A stretch of DNA of 64,000 bases from contig CDPCPM010000370.1 in the NCBI GenBank assembly GCA_976551045.1, forward strand, positions 2,170,001 through 2,234,000. The letters run 5' to 3'. The stretch's first letter is position 1. Each line of letters starts with the position of its first letter. Below are positions 49,611 to 61,678 of this stretch, in pieces. Both the position numbers and the translations under genes were made by a program. This stretch comes from Glaucostegus cemiculus. Its lineage: Eukaryota. The notes under the pieces are model-generated. The model saw only the letters and a program-made list of their open reading frames with translations, did no database searches and had not been told where the DNA came from.

Positions 49611-52600
49611 TTTGTCTATCGCACTGTCGCACGACCCTAAGCTGGGCCGGAGATGTAAAACGATCTGTTCTGATGCCCTGGTTCAATAAGGTGCTGCTGG
49701 TGTCCAGTATGCTCCCTCTTCCTTGCTTTGTGCCCCAATTTTTAACGCGATAGCTGTGGGTGGGGACCGGATTTTCAGTGAATGTAACCTCCGACAGCGA
49801 GGCAGGATTTACTGTCCTTATAAGGGAAAGCTTCCGCTTTCGTTACGAGCAGGTAACCCCTGAATTGTGTGTGAAATTCGAGGAAGCTGGGTGTTGTAAC
49901 GGTATGGAGACAACTTAACAATATTTAAATGGATAAATTCAAGGGGGATTCAACAGCTCCGAACTCACATTTGAACATGTGGTGTGAGGATATAAGGGAA
50001 AGCATGAAAGAGCAAGAGAGGGAATTGTTTCATCCGAAAAGCATTCGCATAGATTGGAATTGTTCCTAGCCTATTAAGTGGTGACATTGAGAAGATGCTA
50101 TAACTTCCCAGAACTTCGGACATGTCAGAGCTCCAATGATTTTCTTCCAAACCTCGAGAGAAATTTGCTCATCCTCCTGAGGAAGCAAAGGGTTAAAAAC
50201 TCTGGCTAACTGTGACTCCACATATAGCTGATGGAGAAATACCCCGCGAACAAGAACAGGCAAGCTACTGACTCAAGCTAAGTGATTATTGCTCTGTCAG
50301 GGACCTTGGTGGCAGGCCAATAGACCAGACAATAAGGGTAGTGGGTGCAATAAACAGACAAGAAAAAGCTTGTTTTAAACAATAAGGGTAATACCTGTCT
50401 TTCAATCTCTTTATTATAACTCAATTATGTTGGACAATAGGTGCGATATCTGTCTTTGTTTCTCTGAGGTCTGACCGAAACTCATGGATCCGAATTATTA
50501 AGTATGCGTGAAAATATCTGTATAAATTACTGTCTGCTGTTTTGGACTGCGGAGACCTCCGTTGCAGACTCTACCTGAGAGTTGGAGAATTCTCCCGCAG
50601 TATACTGCTAATAAACGCGTTTTAACAGAATTAATCCGTGGCACTGTGATACTTTGCAGCAGACAGGAGTGGGAACTTAAAATCGGGATAACACTCCGAC
50701 AGGACGAAGTGCAGGCTCAATGCTGGACTCATGCTGCAATCAACCATTTCAATGCACATTTTGAAAATAAGCTTCATTGTGACCAATCTAATGCTTGCCC
50801 GACTGATCCCATTACGATTTTATTTTGCCTCGCCTTATCAGTATTTTTTCGTATTCAATCTCTCATGTTTTCCGGTCTTTTCCACCCATCCTTTACCCTC
50901 CTTCGGTTCCTTGCATGTTCAATATCCCGTCTTCTCTCTTAATTTTGCCAATTCGGAAACATAGGTCAACGCAAGATATATGAAAGGCCATAAAAAATAA
51001 CGTCTTGAAGGTCGAGGACTTGAGTCGCAGAATCAGTTGGAACTCTAACCGAAGAGACAGTGTGGAAAAATGCAGGCAAATCCTGACAGACTTCATGGCC
51101 TCCTTCCATCGTTAGGATGTTGCGCAATGAGCCATCGATACAGCCATCTAGTGGCAACCTCTCAAGGACAACCTCGTCAATGAAGTTTTTGCAGATTTCG
51201 CCAGGACCTTGTTTTGTACAAACGGGAAGAAAATAGCACAACACCAGTGATGAGAAAGAGTAACGGTCAGTGAAATCAAATATGTATTTGACGAATAATG
51301 GCATAAATACACCACGGTAAAATGAAAACAAATGAAGATGCACTACAGGGGCAATTCCTCAACGGGTGGTCAACATGTGCAGAAAGAACGAAAGTTGAAC
51401 CTGGTGGAAGTCAGTCATCTCAAGGCCATGAAGTAGTATTGATCAGAGTGGCTTTGCAGTCTCAGCTTCCACCTAGTCCTTCATTTAACAGCATTTCTTC
51501 AATTAGTTCAGAAATTTGAATATGCATTAGCGATGCACATACCAACTTTCAATGACGACTCCTCATTAAACAAATGTATCTATAGCTGCCTGCCGGAACA
51601 CTGACGTGGAGGGACCAATAAAAGGAAAGTAAAAAGCTGGCGCAAAAGAGAGGCAAGAATTAATTACGAAAGATCAATTTCATCATCGCACCACTGGCAT
51701 GTAAATGCCATTGCCATCATTGAGAGCATAATATCACCGTCAGAGGATTACATCACTCGATCCCAGGACACGTTACAATTCACGGCTACTCGAGCAGCTC
51801 ATGTGGCGGGTGACCCTCAGCACGACACACGGAGTGCTTTTCATCTTGTTCAAGGAACAAGGAAAAAATGTATTGTGGTTCTCTCCGCTTCCCTGGATGC
51901 ATCCAGCTTCAACAACAACGAAGAAGCTCAGGCTCATACATACGAATAACTGCCCATCAGAATGCAAGCCGTTTGTCCAAGATTGGAGCATTATATATGC
52001 GGTAGCTTCCGTCTACAGAAAGCACCACCACAACTGGACTGTTCTGCTCATCGTGGGTCCCACTGAAGGTTAATGGGAAGGGTGAAAACTCAAGACAACT
52101 GAACCCAAAGAGGACAATGGCATCCGTTATACAAGAAGAGCACTGACATTCTCGTGCCCCAGATTTTAAAGGATGTTCTCCTCCGACAACATCTTTGGAT
52201 TGACACCGAAGCTACGCCTCCCATATTATAGCAGTGAGTTTATCAGAACAACTTCAGCGATGCATAATGGTGGCTCGTCACCACCGCCTCACAGCAATTT
52301 GGGATGAGCAATGAACGATGGTCTGTTTCCGATAAGGGAATAAAATTAATAATGGTAAAACCATTCAATTTACAGGGCGAACTGAAATGAAAATCACACT
52401 ACATTGTTTAATCAAACATGTTGGAAACTAAAATTCTAGGCGAGGTTCACAAACATGTGATCATCCACGTCTACGCAGTTAGTCCAGTTCTACTGCAGCG
52501 ACAGCGATCTTTCTTTCAGGAATAATGACCTCAGTTTTCACCAATAATCCTCTCCGTTTCACTTCTGTAAGTAATAAAACAGAGGCATGAGATTTCAGCG

Positions 52601-53314
52601 ACGTCGGGTTTATGGAGTGTTGTGGCTAGGCGGTTGTCTGTATTTTTGCATAAAATACGAATGTTCCATTTCGTGTGATATTTTTGGGGGGAACACCCCT
52701 GTAATTTTGTTTGGAACTAATGTGCAACGTCAATTGTGCCGCAGGAAAATGCTTCGTTGTTCAATACTTGGCAAAATTTGTTGTTGCAAGTGTAGTTGCG
52801 GTCGCATTTGTATTTGTTGCTCTTGTTCCCGTTAGACGGATTTTGGGCTTTTAAAGCCATCATCCTCAGTTGGTCTGAGGCAAGACTCACCCACGTGTGT
52901 CGTCAGTTTTTTCAGCACTGCATTGTCGTAACATGCAGCAGCCACTAGATGGCGTTGTAGTCACCATGGTCGCCAGGAAATGACAGCAACAAAGGGGGTA
53001 TCAGTAAGAAGGATTTGGGGAAGACGAAACAACCGAGAAAAAGTGAGAGTAACCGGTTCTTCCCAATGTCGGGGATCTGAGAACCCTCGTTTCCAAGCTG
53101 GTACACAAACAGAGACACTGTGCAGAGAATAGGACAGAATAACATCGAATAATCAAATAGAGATTCAGGATGGACAGCTTCCAGTGAAGAACAATGAAAC
53201 CACCAGTGCACCTGCGCAAACCGAATCAGGCCGACATTTCAGCAAATGCTCAGGAAGTTGGGAGACCGCAAACACCACTGTTTAAGAATTGTATCGGGCT
53301 TCATCACGAGCTGG

Positions 53315-53353
53315 AGTTTCTGTACGATGATTTAATTGTTTTCCATCACTGTG
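53315..53353 (-). other. 23-spacer RSS of V segment 6
   Basis: CACAGTG, 23-nt spacer, ACAGAAACT. Confidence 0.93.
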
Positions 53354-53660
53354 CAGATCAGTGTGCAGTAATAAACTGCAGAGTCACTGAGCTGCAGCCC
53401 CGAGATGCTCAGACTGATGAATTTATTCGCGGTACTGAACTCGACAGAGAAACGAGTTTTGGCAAATTCAGCTTTGCTTACATAGCTACCGCTGTCTTTG
53501 CGCAGAATGAATTCAGACTGCGTTCCTGGCCAATCTCGATACCAGAATAATGAATAGGTATTGACGTTGGTATCGAAGGAACAAGGGAACGTCACCGCTT
53601 CTCCTTCTCCCTGGACTTCTGGGGCCGATGGCTGAGTGACGGATGCGCCATGACAGTCAC
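53354..53660 (-). CDS. T-cell receptor alpha/delta variable gene segment 6 (V exon)
   Basis: Reads DCHGASVTQPS...VTFPCSFDT...LFWYRDWPG...DSAVYYCTLI. Acceptor ttttttgcag. Confidence 0.95.
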
Positions 53661-53766
53661 CTGCAAAAAATACATTCAAACAGGAAAAAGTCAGAGCAAC
53701 GGCCGTTGAGGTCTGGGATTTGGACCAAGGAAAATGGCAAGTGAAATGCATTTGTCTCTTACTTAC

Positions 53767-53812
53767 TTCTCATAAATTCTCCCCACACAATGTAGATGAC
53801 AAGCAGCCGCAT
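53767..53812 (-). CDS. Leader exon of V segment 6
   Basis: MRLLVIYIVWGEFMR plus A, donor gtaagt. 46 nt. Confidence 0.9.
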
Positions 53813-56800
53813 TCTGTCTGTCGTACTGTTGAAGCTGCTTCGGAGATGTAAAAAGATCTGTTTTGATGCCCTGCTGCCGGTATGTAGTGTGCTCCCACTT
53901 CCTTGCGTCGTGACCGCATTGGTGCAGCGATAGCTGTGGGTGGGGAGCGGACTTTCAGTGAAAGTAACCTCCGATAGCAAGGCAGGATTTACTGTCCGTC
54001 TAAGGGAAAGGTTCCGTCACGAACAGGTAACCCATGTATGGTGGGTGTAATTCAAGGAAACGGTGTGTTGTAACGACATGGAGAAAACTTAACAATACTT
54101 AAATGGATTAATTCAAGGGGGATTCAACAGCTCCGAACTCACATTTGAACACGTGGAGTGAGGGAACAAGGAGAAGCATGAAAGAGCAAGAGAGGAAATA
54201 GTTTTATCCGATAAGCATTCGCATGGATTGGAAGTGATCCTTGCCGATTATGTGGTGACAATGAGAAGATACCACACTGCCCAAGCTTAGGGCTCGTTAC
54301 AGTTCCAATGATTTGTTTCTCCAAACATCGAGAGAGATTTACTCATCCTCCTGAGGAAGTAAAGGGTTAAAAAACTGTGGCTAACTATAACTCCACATAT
54401 AACTGACAGATAAATACCTCGCAAGCAAGAGCAGGCAAGCTACTGACTCAAGCTAAGTGATAACTGCTGTGTTCTGGACCTTGGTGGCAGGCCAATATAC
54501 TAGAAGATAGGGGTAATAAGTGTAATAAACAGACCGGAGGAAGCTTGTTTTAAACAATGAAGGTGATGCCTGTCTTTGAATCTCTTGATTATAACTCAGT
54601 TATGTTGGACAATAGATGCTACGTCTGTCTTTGTTCACTGATGCCCGACCAAAACTCGTGGAGCCGAATTCATTAAGTGTGCGTGAAAATATCCGTATAA
54701 ATCACCGTCTGCTGCTTTGGACTGTAGAGACCTCCGAAGCAGACCCTATATGACAGTTTGAGGAGAATTCTCCAGCGGTATATTGTTAATAAACGCGTTT
54801 TAACAGAATTAATATGTGGCACTGTGTTATTTTGCAGCGGCCAGGAGTGCGAACTTAAATCGGGTAAACACTCCGAGAGGACGAAGTGCAGACTCAGTGC
54901 TGGACTCATGCTGAAATCTGCCTTTTCAATGCACCTTTTGAAAATAAGATTTTTTTGACCAATCTTATGCTTGCCTGACTGATCCCATTACGATTTGATT
55001 TTGCCTCACCTTATCAGTATTGTTTCCTATTTAATCTCTCATGTTTTCCGGTCTTGTCAAATTTCCTTTACCCTCCTTCGGGTCCTTACATGTATACTAT
55101 CCTGTCTTCTCTTTTAATTTTGCCAATTCGGAAACAGTGGTCACCCCAAGAATTATGAAGAGCCATAAAAAATTCCGGCTTGAAGACAGAGGACATGAGT
55201 CCCAGAATCAGTTGAAAATCTAACTGATCAGACGGTGTGGACAAATGTATAGAAATCCTCACAGCTTTCATGGCCAGCCTCCATTGTCAGGATGTTCCGC
55301 AATGAGCCATAGACACTGCCATCTACTGGCAACTATTTACCACAACTTGGTCAATTAACCTGTATGCAGATTTCTCCAGGACCTCATTTTGTACAAACGG
55401 GAAGAAAATAGCACAACACCAGTGTTGAGAAAGAGTGATGGCCGGTGAAATCAAATAAATATTTGGCATTAATACACACCGGTAAAATGAAAGTCGAAGA
55501 TACACTACAGGGGCAATTCCTCAATGGATCGTCAATATATGCAGAAACAACGATAGTTGAACCTGGTGGAAGTCAGTCATCTCAACGCCATGAAGTAGTA
55601 TTGCTCAGAGTAGATTTCTGGACTCAGGTTCGTCTTTGGTGTTCACTTAACAGCAGTTCTTGCATAACTTCAGAAATTTCAATGTGCATTGGCAAATCAA
55701 AATATCAACTTGCATTGACAGCTCCTCATTAAACAAAGGCGCCTGTAGCTGCCTGCAGTAATACTGACATGAAGGGACCAATGAATGTGAAGGAAAATAC
55801 CTGGCACAAAAACGAGGCAAGAATTAAATTAAAAAAAATCAATTCCGTCATCGTGCCACTGGCATTAAATGCCATTGCCATCACTGAGAGCGTAATATCA
55901 CCGTCAGAAGGTTTTCATCACTCGATCCCAGGAGACGTTACAATTCAGAGCTACTGAAGCAGCTCATATGACGGGTGACTCTCGCCACGACACACGGAGT
56001 GCTTTTCATCTTGTTCAAGGGACCAGGAAAAGTGTATTACATTTCTCTCCACTTCCATGGATGCGTCAAGCTTCCACAGCACCGAAGAAGGTAAGGCTCA
56101 TACAGACAAATACCTGCCCATCTGAATGCAAGCTGTTGGTCCACGATTGGGGCATTTTAGATGCAGTAGCTTCCGTCTCCAAAATGCACCACAACTGCAC
56201 TGTGCTGCTGGCCATGGGTCCCAATGAAGTTTAATGGGAACGGTGTAAACTCGAGACAACTCCACCCAAAGAGGGCAATGGCAGCCGTTTCACAAGAAAG
56301 ACATGGAAGTTCTCATCCCACAGATTTTCAGGGATGACCTCCTCCGACAGCATCCATGGATTGACAACAGAGCTTCCCATCCAATATTGCAGGAGTGAGT
56401 TTATCAGAAAAACAGCGATGGATAATGGTGGCTCATCGCCACTGCCTCAGATCAATTTGGGATGAGCAACGAACGATGGTCTCTTGCCGATTATTGAATA
56501 AAATTAATAATGGGAAAACAATTCAATTTACAGGGAGAACAGAAATGTAAATCACACTGCATTGTTTATGCAAACATTTTGGAAACAAAACTTCCATGCG
56601 TGATTCAGAAACATGTGATCATCTACGTCTACTCAGTTAGTCCCGTTCTACTGCGACGACAGCGATCTTTCTGTCAAGGATGGTGATCCAGTTTTTTTTT
56701 TACGGACAATCCTATTCGTTTCACTTATGTAAGTTGTAAAACAGGGGCATGAGATTTCAGCGACGTCGGGTTTATGGAGTGTTGCGGCTGGGAGGTTGTC

Positions 56801-56934
56801 TGTGCTATTTTATAAAATGGAATGTCTCATTTAGTTGTAATTCTGTTTTCCAAAGCTCTCCTCTTATTTTGTCTGTAACTAATGTGCAACGTTAAATGCG
56901 GCGCAGGAAAGTGTTTTTTTTTTCTTAGTCAATA

Positions 56935-57420
56935 CCCAGAATCAGAATCAGAATCAGTTTTATTGTCACAACCATATACATTAATTGCATGCATAGGAGC
57001 GAGATACCGTCCTCCTCAGGTGCTCCTCCCACTGGATAACAAACAACAGAGACACACAGACACACTGAACAGAAAAAAACATTAAAAACTACGGAAGTTT
57101 AAGTTAAATTAAATATGCAGATTAAATTAAAAACGGCCAGTAAATAAATAGATAGTTATTAAAGTGAACGGGCTGGTGGCGGGCATTTAAAGTGCTGGTA
57201 CATTTCTGTGCACCTAGCATCTCTTAGTGTTAACAAGGAAGATGGAGGGATGAGAGAGTTCGCAGTTCTGATGGCTTGCGGAAAGAAGCTATTGCTCAGC
57301 CTGGTCGTTCTTGTCCTGCTACATTTGAGCCTCCTCCCAGATGGCAAAATTGTAAAGAGGTGATAGGAGGGGTGAGAAGGGTCGGCCATTATGTTTTTGG
57401 TCTTCCTCACACAACGGTCA
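56935..57420 (-). mobile_element. 5'-truncated Rex1/Babar- or L2-like LINE 3' end with (GATTCT)n tail
   Basis: ORF 57159..57428 reads DPSHPSYHLFTILPSGRR...RTTRLSNSFFPQAIR. Tail cagaatcagaatcagaatcag. Absent from the paralogous position near 52770. Confidence 0.82.
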
Positions 57421-57966
57421 TTACACATGCTGTTGCAGTTGAATTTGTGGTCGCAATTGTAGTTGTTGCAATTGTTCCCGTGAGACGGAAATTTGGGTTC
57501 TTGCAGTCACCTCTCTCAGTTGATGTGTGGCACGTCACGTCCACTCGTGGCATGGGTTTATTTCAGCTCTGTATTCTCGTAATTTGCCGCAGCCAACTAA
57601 TGGAGATGCAGTCACCATTGTCGCCAGGAAATGACAGCAACAAAGGAGCGATCTGCAAGAGGAAATTCCGGAACAAGGTTCGACCTCGAAACAGAGAGAG
57701 TAACTGGCTCTTCCTACTGTCGGGAAATTGAGCACCCTGGTTTCCAAGCTGGTGCACAAACAGAAACACTTACAAGAGAATGGGAAAGAACATGGTCCAA
57801 TAAACAAACGGTAGAATCAGGATGGACAGCTTCCAGCGAAAAGCAATGAAACCACCTGCGCTCCTGCGCATTCCGAATCAGGCCGACTTTTCAGCAAATG
57901 CTCAGGATGTTGGGAAACCACAAACGTCGCTGTTTAAGAATTGTTTCGGTCTTCACACGGAACTGG

Positions 57967-58005
57967 AGTTTCTGTACGATGATTTCACTGTTTTCCATCA
58001 CTGTG
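57967..58005 (-). other. 23-spacer RSS of V segment 7
   Basis: CACAGTG, 23-nt spacer, ACAGAAACT. Confidence 0.93.
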
Positions 58006-58312
58006 CGGCTCAGTGTGCAGTAATAAACTGCAGAGTCACTGAGCTGCAGCTCCGAGATGCTGAGACTGATGAATTTATTCGCGGTACTGAGCTCGACAGA
58101 GAAACGAGTTTTGGCAAATTCAGCTTTCCTTTCATAGCTATCGCTGTGTTTGCGCACAATGAACTCAGGCTGTGTTCCTTGCCGCTGTCGATACCAGAAC
58201 AATGTATAGGTATCCCAGCTGGTGACGTAGATGCACTTTAAAACCACTGTTTCTGCTTCTGCTTTTACTTCTGAGCGCTGTTGCTGAGTAACAGATTCTC
58301 CGTGAATGTAAT
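58006..58312 (-). CDS. T-cell receptor alpha/delta variable gene segment 7 (V exon)
   Basis: Reads YIHGESVTQQQ...VVLKCIYVT...LFWYRQRQGTQPEF...DSAVYYCTLS. Acceptor ttttttttcag. Confidence 0.95.
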
Positions 58313-58423
58313 CTGAAAAAAAAGTAGACATGAAATCATCAAGTGGACGGACTTTGAAGTCCCATATGCATTGCATGTTTCCCGAGGAAAGGGCAAAGTG
58401 GCATGTATTTGCCACACTATTAC

Positions 58424-58469
58424 GTTTCAGAAACGATCCCCACACAATCCAGCTGACGAGGAGCCGCAT
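58424..58469 (-). CDS. Leader exon of V segment 7
   Basis: MRLLVSWIVWGSFLK plus C, donor gtaata. 46 nt, homologous to the leaders of V5 and V6. Confidence 0.85.
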
Positions 58470-60344
58470 GATGTTGGTTCCCTCTGTTGAATCTGGGTTC
58501 GATGTGCAAAGGGTTCTGTTCTATTGCTCCACGTCAGTAATGTGCTTCCCTTACTCAGTGTGCTTCCTTTTCATTGCGTTCGGTCCCTACAGCTGTGGGT
58601 GTGGAGCGGGCTGTCAGGAATCTGAACCGCCCATTCTGGGCTGGAGTGACTATCCTTATAAGGGAAATCTTCCTCTTTCACCTGAATGGACGAAAAGCAA
58701 GGACGTCCATTATTAATGTAGAAGCTCGAGGTTGTAATAATAGACAAAGGTCAAAACTATTAAAAAGGCTAAAAAACAAAGGGCATTGAACGACTCTGAA
58801 CTCACTTTTGCAACTGCGGGGCAAAGCGAGAATGCAAGAGAAAGAAAGGTCAATGTTTTACCCGACAAGTATTCGCATGGAGTGGTACGGGGCCTTGCCT
58901 CTTTGCTGGTGATATGTAGGATATATCACTCTTTTAATGAACCTACTGACTCACTACAGTTCCACTGAATCTCTACTAGACCTCAAGGAAGCACACCGCC
59001 GACACGGCACAGTGCAGCCCCAGCACGAAAATCACGAATTTCATTTCATCTCATCATTTCCAGTCCAGATGGAGGGTCTCGACCCAAAACATCCACTGCT
59101 TATTTCCCTCTATAGCTGCTGCCTGACACGCTGGCTTCCTCCATTCCTTTGTCGGTTGCTCAACCATCGTAAGTCACCTGTTCCCATCAATCTTCATGCG
59201 GACCCATCCTACTTTTATCTTTACATATACCCTGACAATGCTATTTTTCCCAGTGGCTATCATTTTGCGTCTACAATAGCCCCTGTGTTCCGTTCTTTTG
59301 TATACCTTCCTTGTGTCTTCCACAACTTCACCAGATTTATTGCTTACTTGTTTCTCTTTTGTTTCTGCCAACTGCTATGCCAGGGGACTTCAACGTTAGA
59401 GCTTAGACCTGATTCACTCTCTTTCCGAACCCGGATAGCTGCCCTGAATTTCCAACAGTGTCTGTTATGTCACGGATGATATCGCTGACTTCTCATGTGA
59501 AAATCGAAACTGAATCTCCAGAAAGACGGTTTCGGTCCCAATAACCTTCAGTTCGCCGTGTGCCGGCGTTCACTGTAATCTGTCAATATAAAGAAGCGGA
59601 AAAGCGGGCGATATAGCCTGTTGAATCCACACTCAATATCCAGCTGGAACTATCACATCGCCCTCTGCACGGCACTGTAATTTACATTATTTCAGATATT
59701 AATCTTGATCTCTTCTGAAATTGAAGTCACCCACGAAAATAACATGTGCAGTACATTCTACCACGAAACTTTGTGAACTAGCATGGCATATTTGTTGCAG
59801 TGTGTACCATCTGTAGATTACAGTGGCTGATCCAATACTACCTCTGAAATCAGTTTAGATCACGACGGATGATCAGAGCATTAGGCATAGGGGAAGATCG
59901 CCACCTACAGCTCTCCACTCCCAAAAGTTATTCAACATTGTAACTTGCAAATATGCTCCAGGCGCGTCATTGCAGTTGGGTCCAAATCCTGAAAATCCCT
60001 GCCCAACAACACCATGGGGAAAAACTTCGCCAATGGTACTTCGGTCGTTCAAGAAGCAGCCTCACCACCAGGAAAGGTACAGCTGCGGAACAAGTGCCAG
60101 GATTGCTGACGAAAGCCCCAGTCTCGTAAGTGAATAAAAAAGAAATATGGCCGTGTTTGTTTTGTCAGCCGCCTGCGTTTTCTGCCCTGCGATCCTTCAC
60201 GCATGTACCAAAGTAACAGTGATATCAAATTCCTGGACAATTTGCCTAAAATGTGGCGTTGACCACCGCACAGAATTATTCAGTTGTGAACGAGCTGGCA
60301 TTATGGAAACTTCCAATGTGATTTGCTTTGTCATTTCATGCTCC

Positions 60345-60751
60345 TGTCATAATGCTGATTGAAGAGCAAGCTCACAGAGAACACAAATGCGGCACACTGG
60401 TACAAGACTGGAGTCAGGATACTTCCTCGGGACCGGACACAGGCAACACTGGAAGGAAACTTGCCTCGGAGATCTGAGCAGTAATCCCAACACGAACTGA
60501 ATCTTCAAGCAGGACTAGAGAACGCAGGACTGCTCTATAGTAGACCACTCTAAGCAGCTAGGAGCCAAGGTATAACCGAAAGTTGACCAATTATCTGGCA
60601 ACTAGTGCTACAGAAAACCAGGTACTTATGCTAGGCCCCTGATGGGGCTTAGGTGTCTGTTATTGTGTAATCAGTCCAGTATGGAATCCACGTGCTGTAC
60701 AACAAGGCATCCAAGGAACCAAATTAAGAGCCAGTAATCAGAATCAGGACA
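60345..60751 (+). mobile_element. Solo-LTR-like element (407 bp); orientation arbitrary
   Basis: Termini TGTC...GACA, flanked by a perfect 5-bp target-site duplication GCTCC (60340-60344 and 60752-60756). A second copy lies at 5578-5823. Confidence 0.82.
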
Positions 60752-60899
60752 GCTCCTATTCCTAAACGTTAGGCTGTTTATGCGCTGTGTCAACCAACTG
60801 TGCTGCTCATTCAACCAATTTTTTACATAGCGCTGCAGATCGTTCTGCAACGGTATTCCTTCTAAAGTGGCGCCTTTAGGTTATATTGATTCCAATTTT

Positions 60900-61320
60900 A
60901 ATTATGATTCTTCCTTCCAAATTGCAATGTTTCGCACTTTTGTCATGTTTCTGCGCCAAATATGTCCGTAATGTTTGCAATCAGTTCGTGTCCTCATCGC
61001 AGTTCATTATAGTTTCATGTTTTGCGTAATCATCCCATTTGGATATTGCATTTTCTACACCCAAATACAGATGACTTTTGAGTGTAAGGAAGAGTGGTCC
61101 CAATGCCGACCCTGAAAAACTCACTGAAGGATTTCCGTCGAGTTGAAAAGACAGACTTTCCATCCTTATCTCCCTTTGCAGAGTTACAGTAAGCGGTATA
61201 CAGACCACCTTCATGTTAAATCCCACTGGCTTTACTTTGGCAAATGCCCCTTCATTTTGAACTTCGCTGGATGTTACATACGACACTGCTGTCACCATCA
61301 TTTTCGTACATTTGTACCAA
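60900..61320 (-). mobile_element. Decayed CR1-type RT fragment
   Basis: GSALGPLFLT...GVENAISKWDDYAK resembles CR1 GSVLGPLLF...ISKFADDTK. Confidence 0.65.
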
Positions 61321-61541
61321 TTTTGCGAAAATGTTCCTCTCCTTTAACCTTAATTCGCTGTGTTTAATTCTGAAAGAGGCATCTGTCCTGTGTTAAACGA
61401 AGAGCTACCACCTTCAGTTCATTCAATTAGATTAATTAAAATTAGTGTGAAAACGAATGCCTTAATTTGGTTTTTTTTGGAACAAGAATAATAAACGCCT
61501 GATGATCCACGCTAATTGCCGCGCGACAGTTTAACATCAGA

Positions 61542-61549
61542 TATAAATA
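61542..61549 (+). promoter_or_regulatory. TATA box of GPCR gene 3
   Basis: TATAAATA 67 nt before the ATG, conserved with paralog 1. Confidence 0.6.
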
Positions 61550-61608
61550 GATGCATCACGTTGCTCATTTCGGAGACTAAGCTGAACAGAACATCGTCTT
61601 TGCGGAAA

Positions 61609-61678
61609 ATGCATGCACCTGGAAATGGACCGGCCTTTGCAGTTTATTATACTTCCCTTGCAGTTTTCGGTGTTCCAG
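61609..61678 (+). CDS. GPR139/GPR142-like class A GPCR gene 3, coding exon 1
   Basis: MHAPGNGPAFAVYYTSLAVFGVP plus G, donor gtaaac. 70 nt. Confidence 0.88.

Larger units (their letters stand above)
48540..58900. repeat. Tandem segmental triplication, ~4.2 kb unit, each unit carrying one V gene
   Basis: Colinear similarity of ~49.6-52.7 kb to ~53.8-56.9 kb. RSS heptamers at 49145, 53347 and 57999 give spacings of 4202 and 4652 bp; the longer one contains a LINE insertion. Confidence 0.9.
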
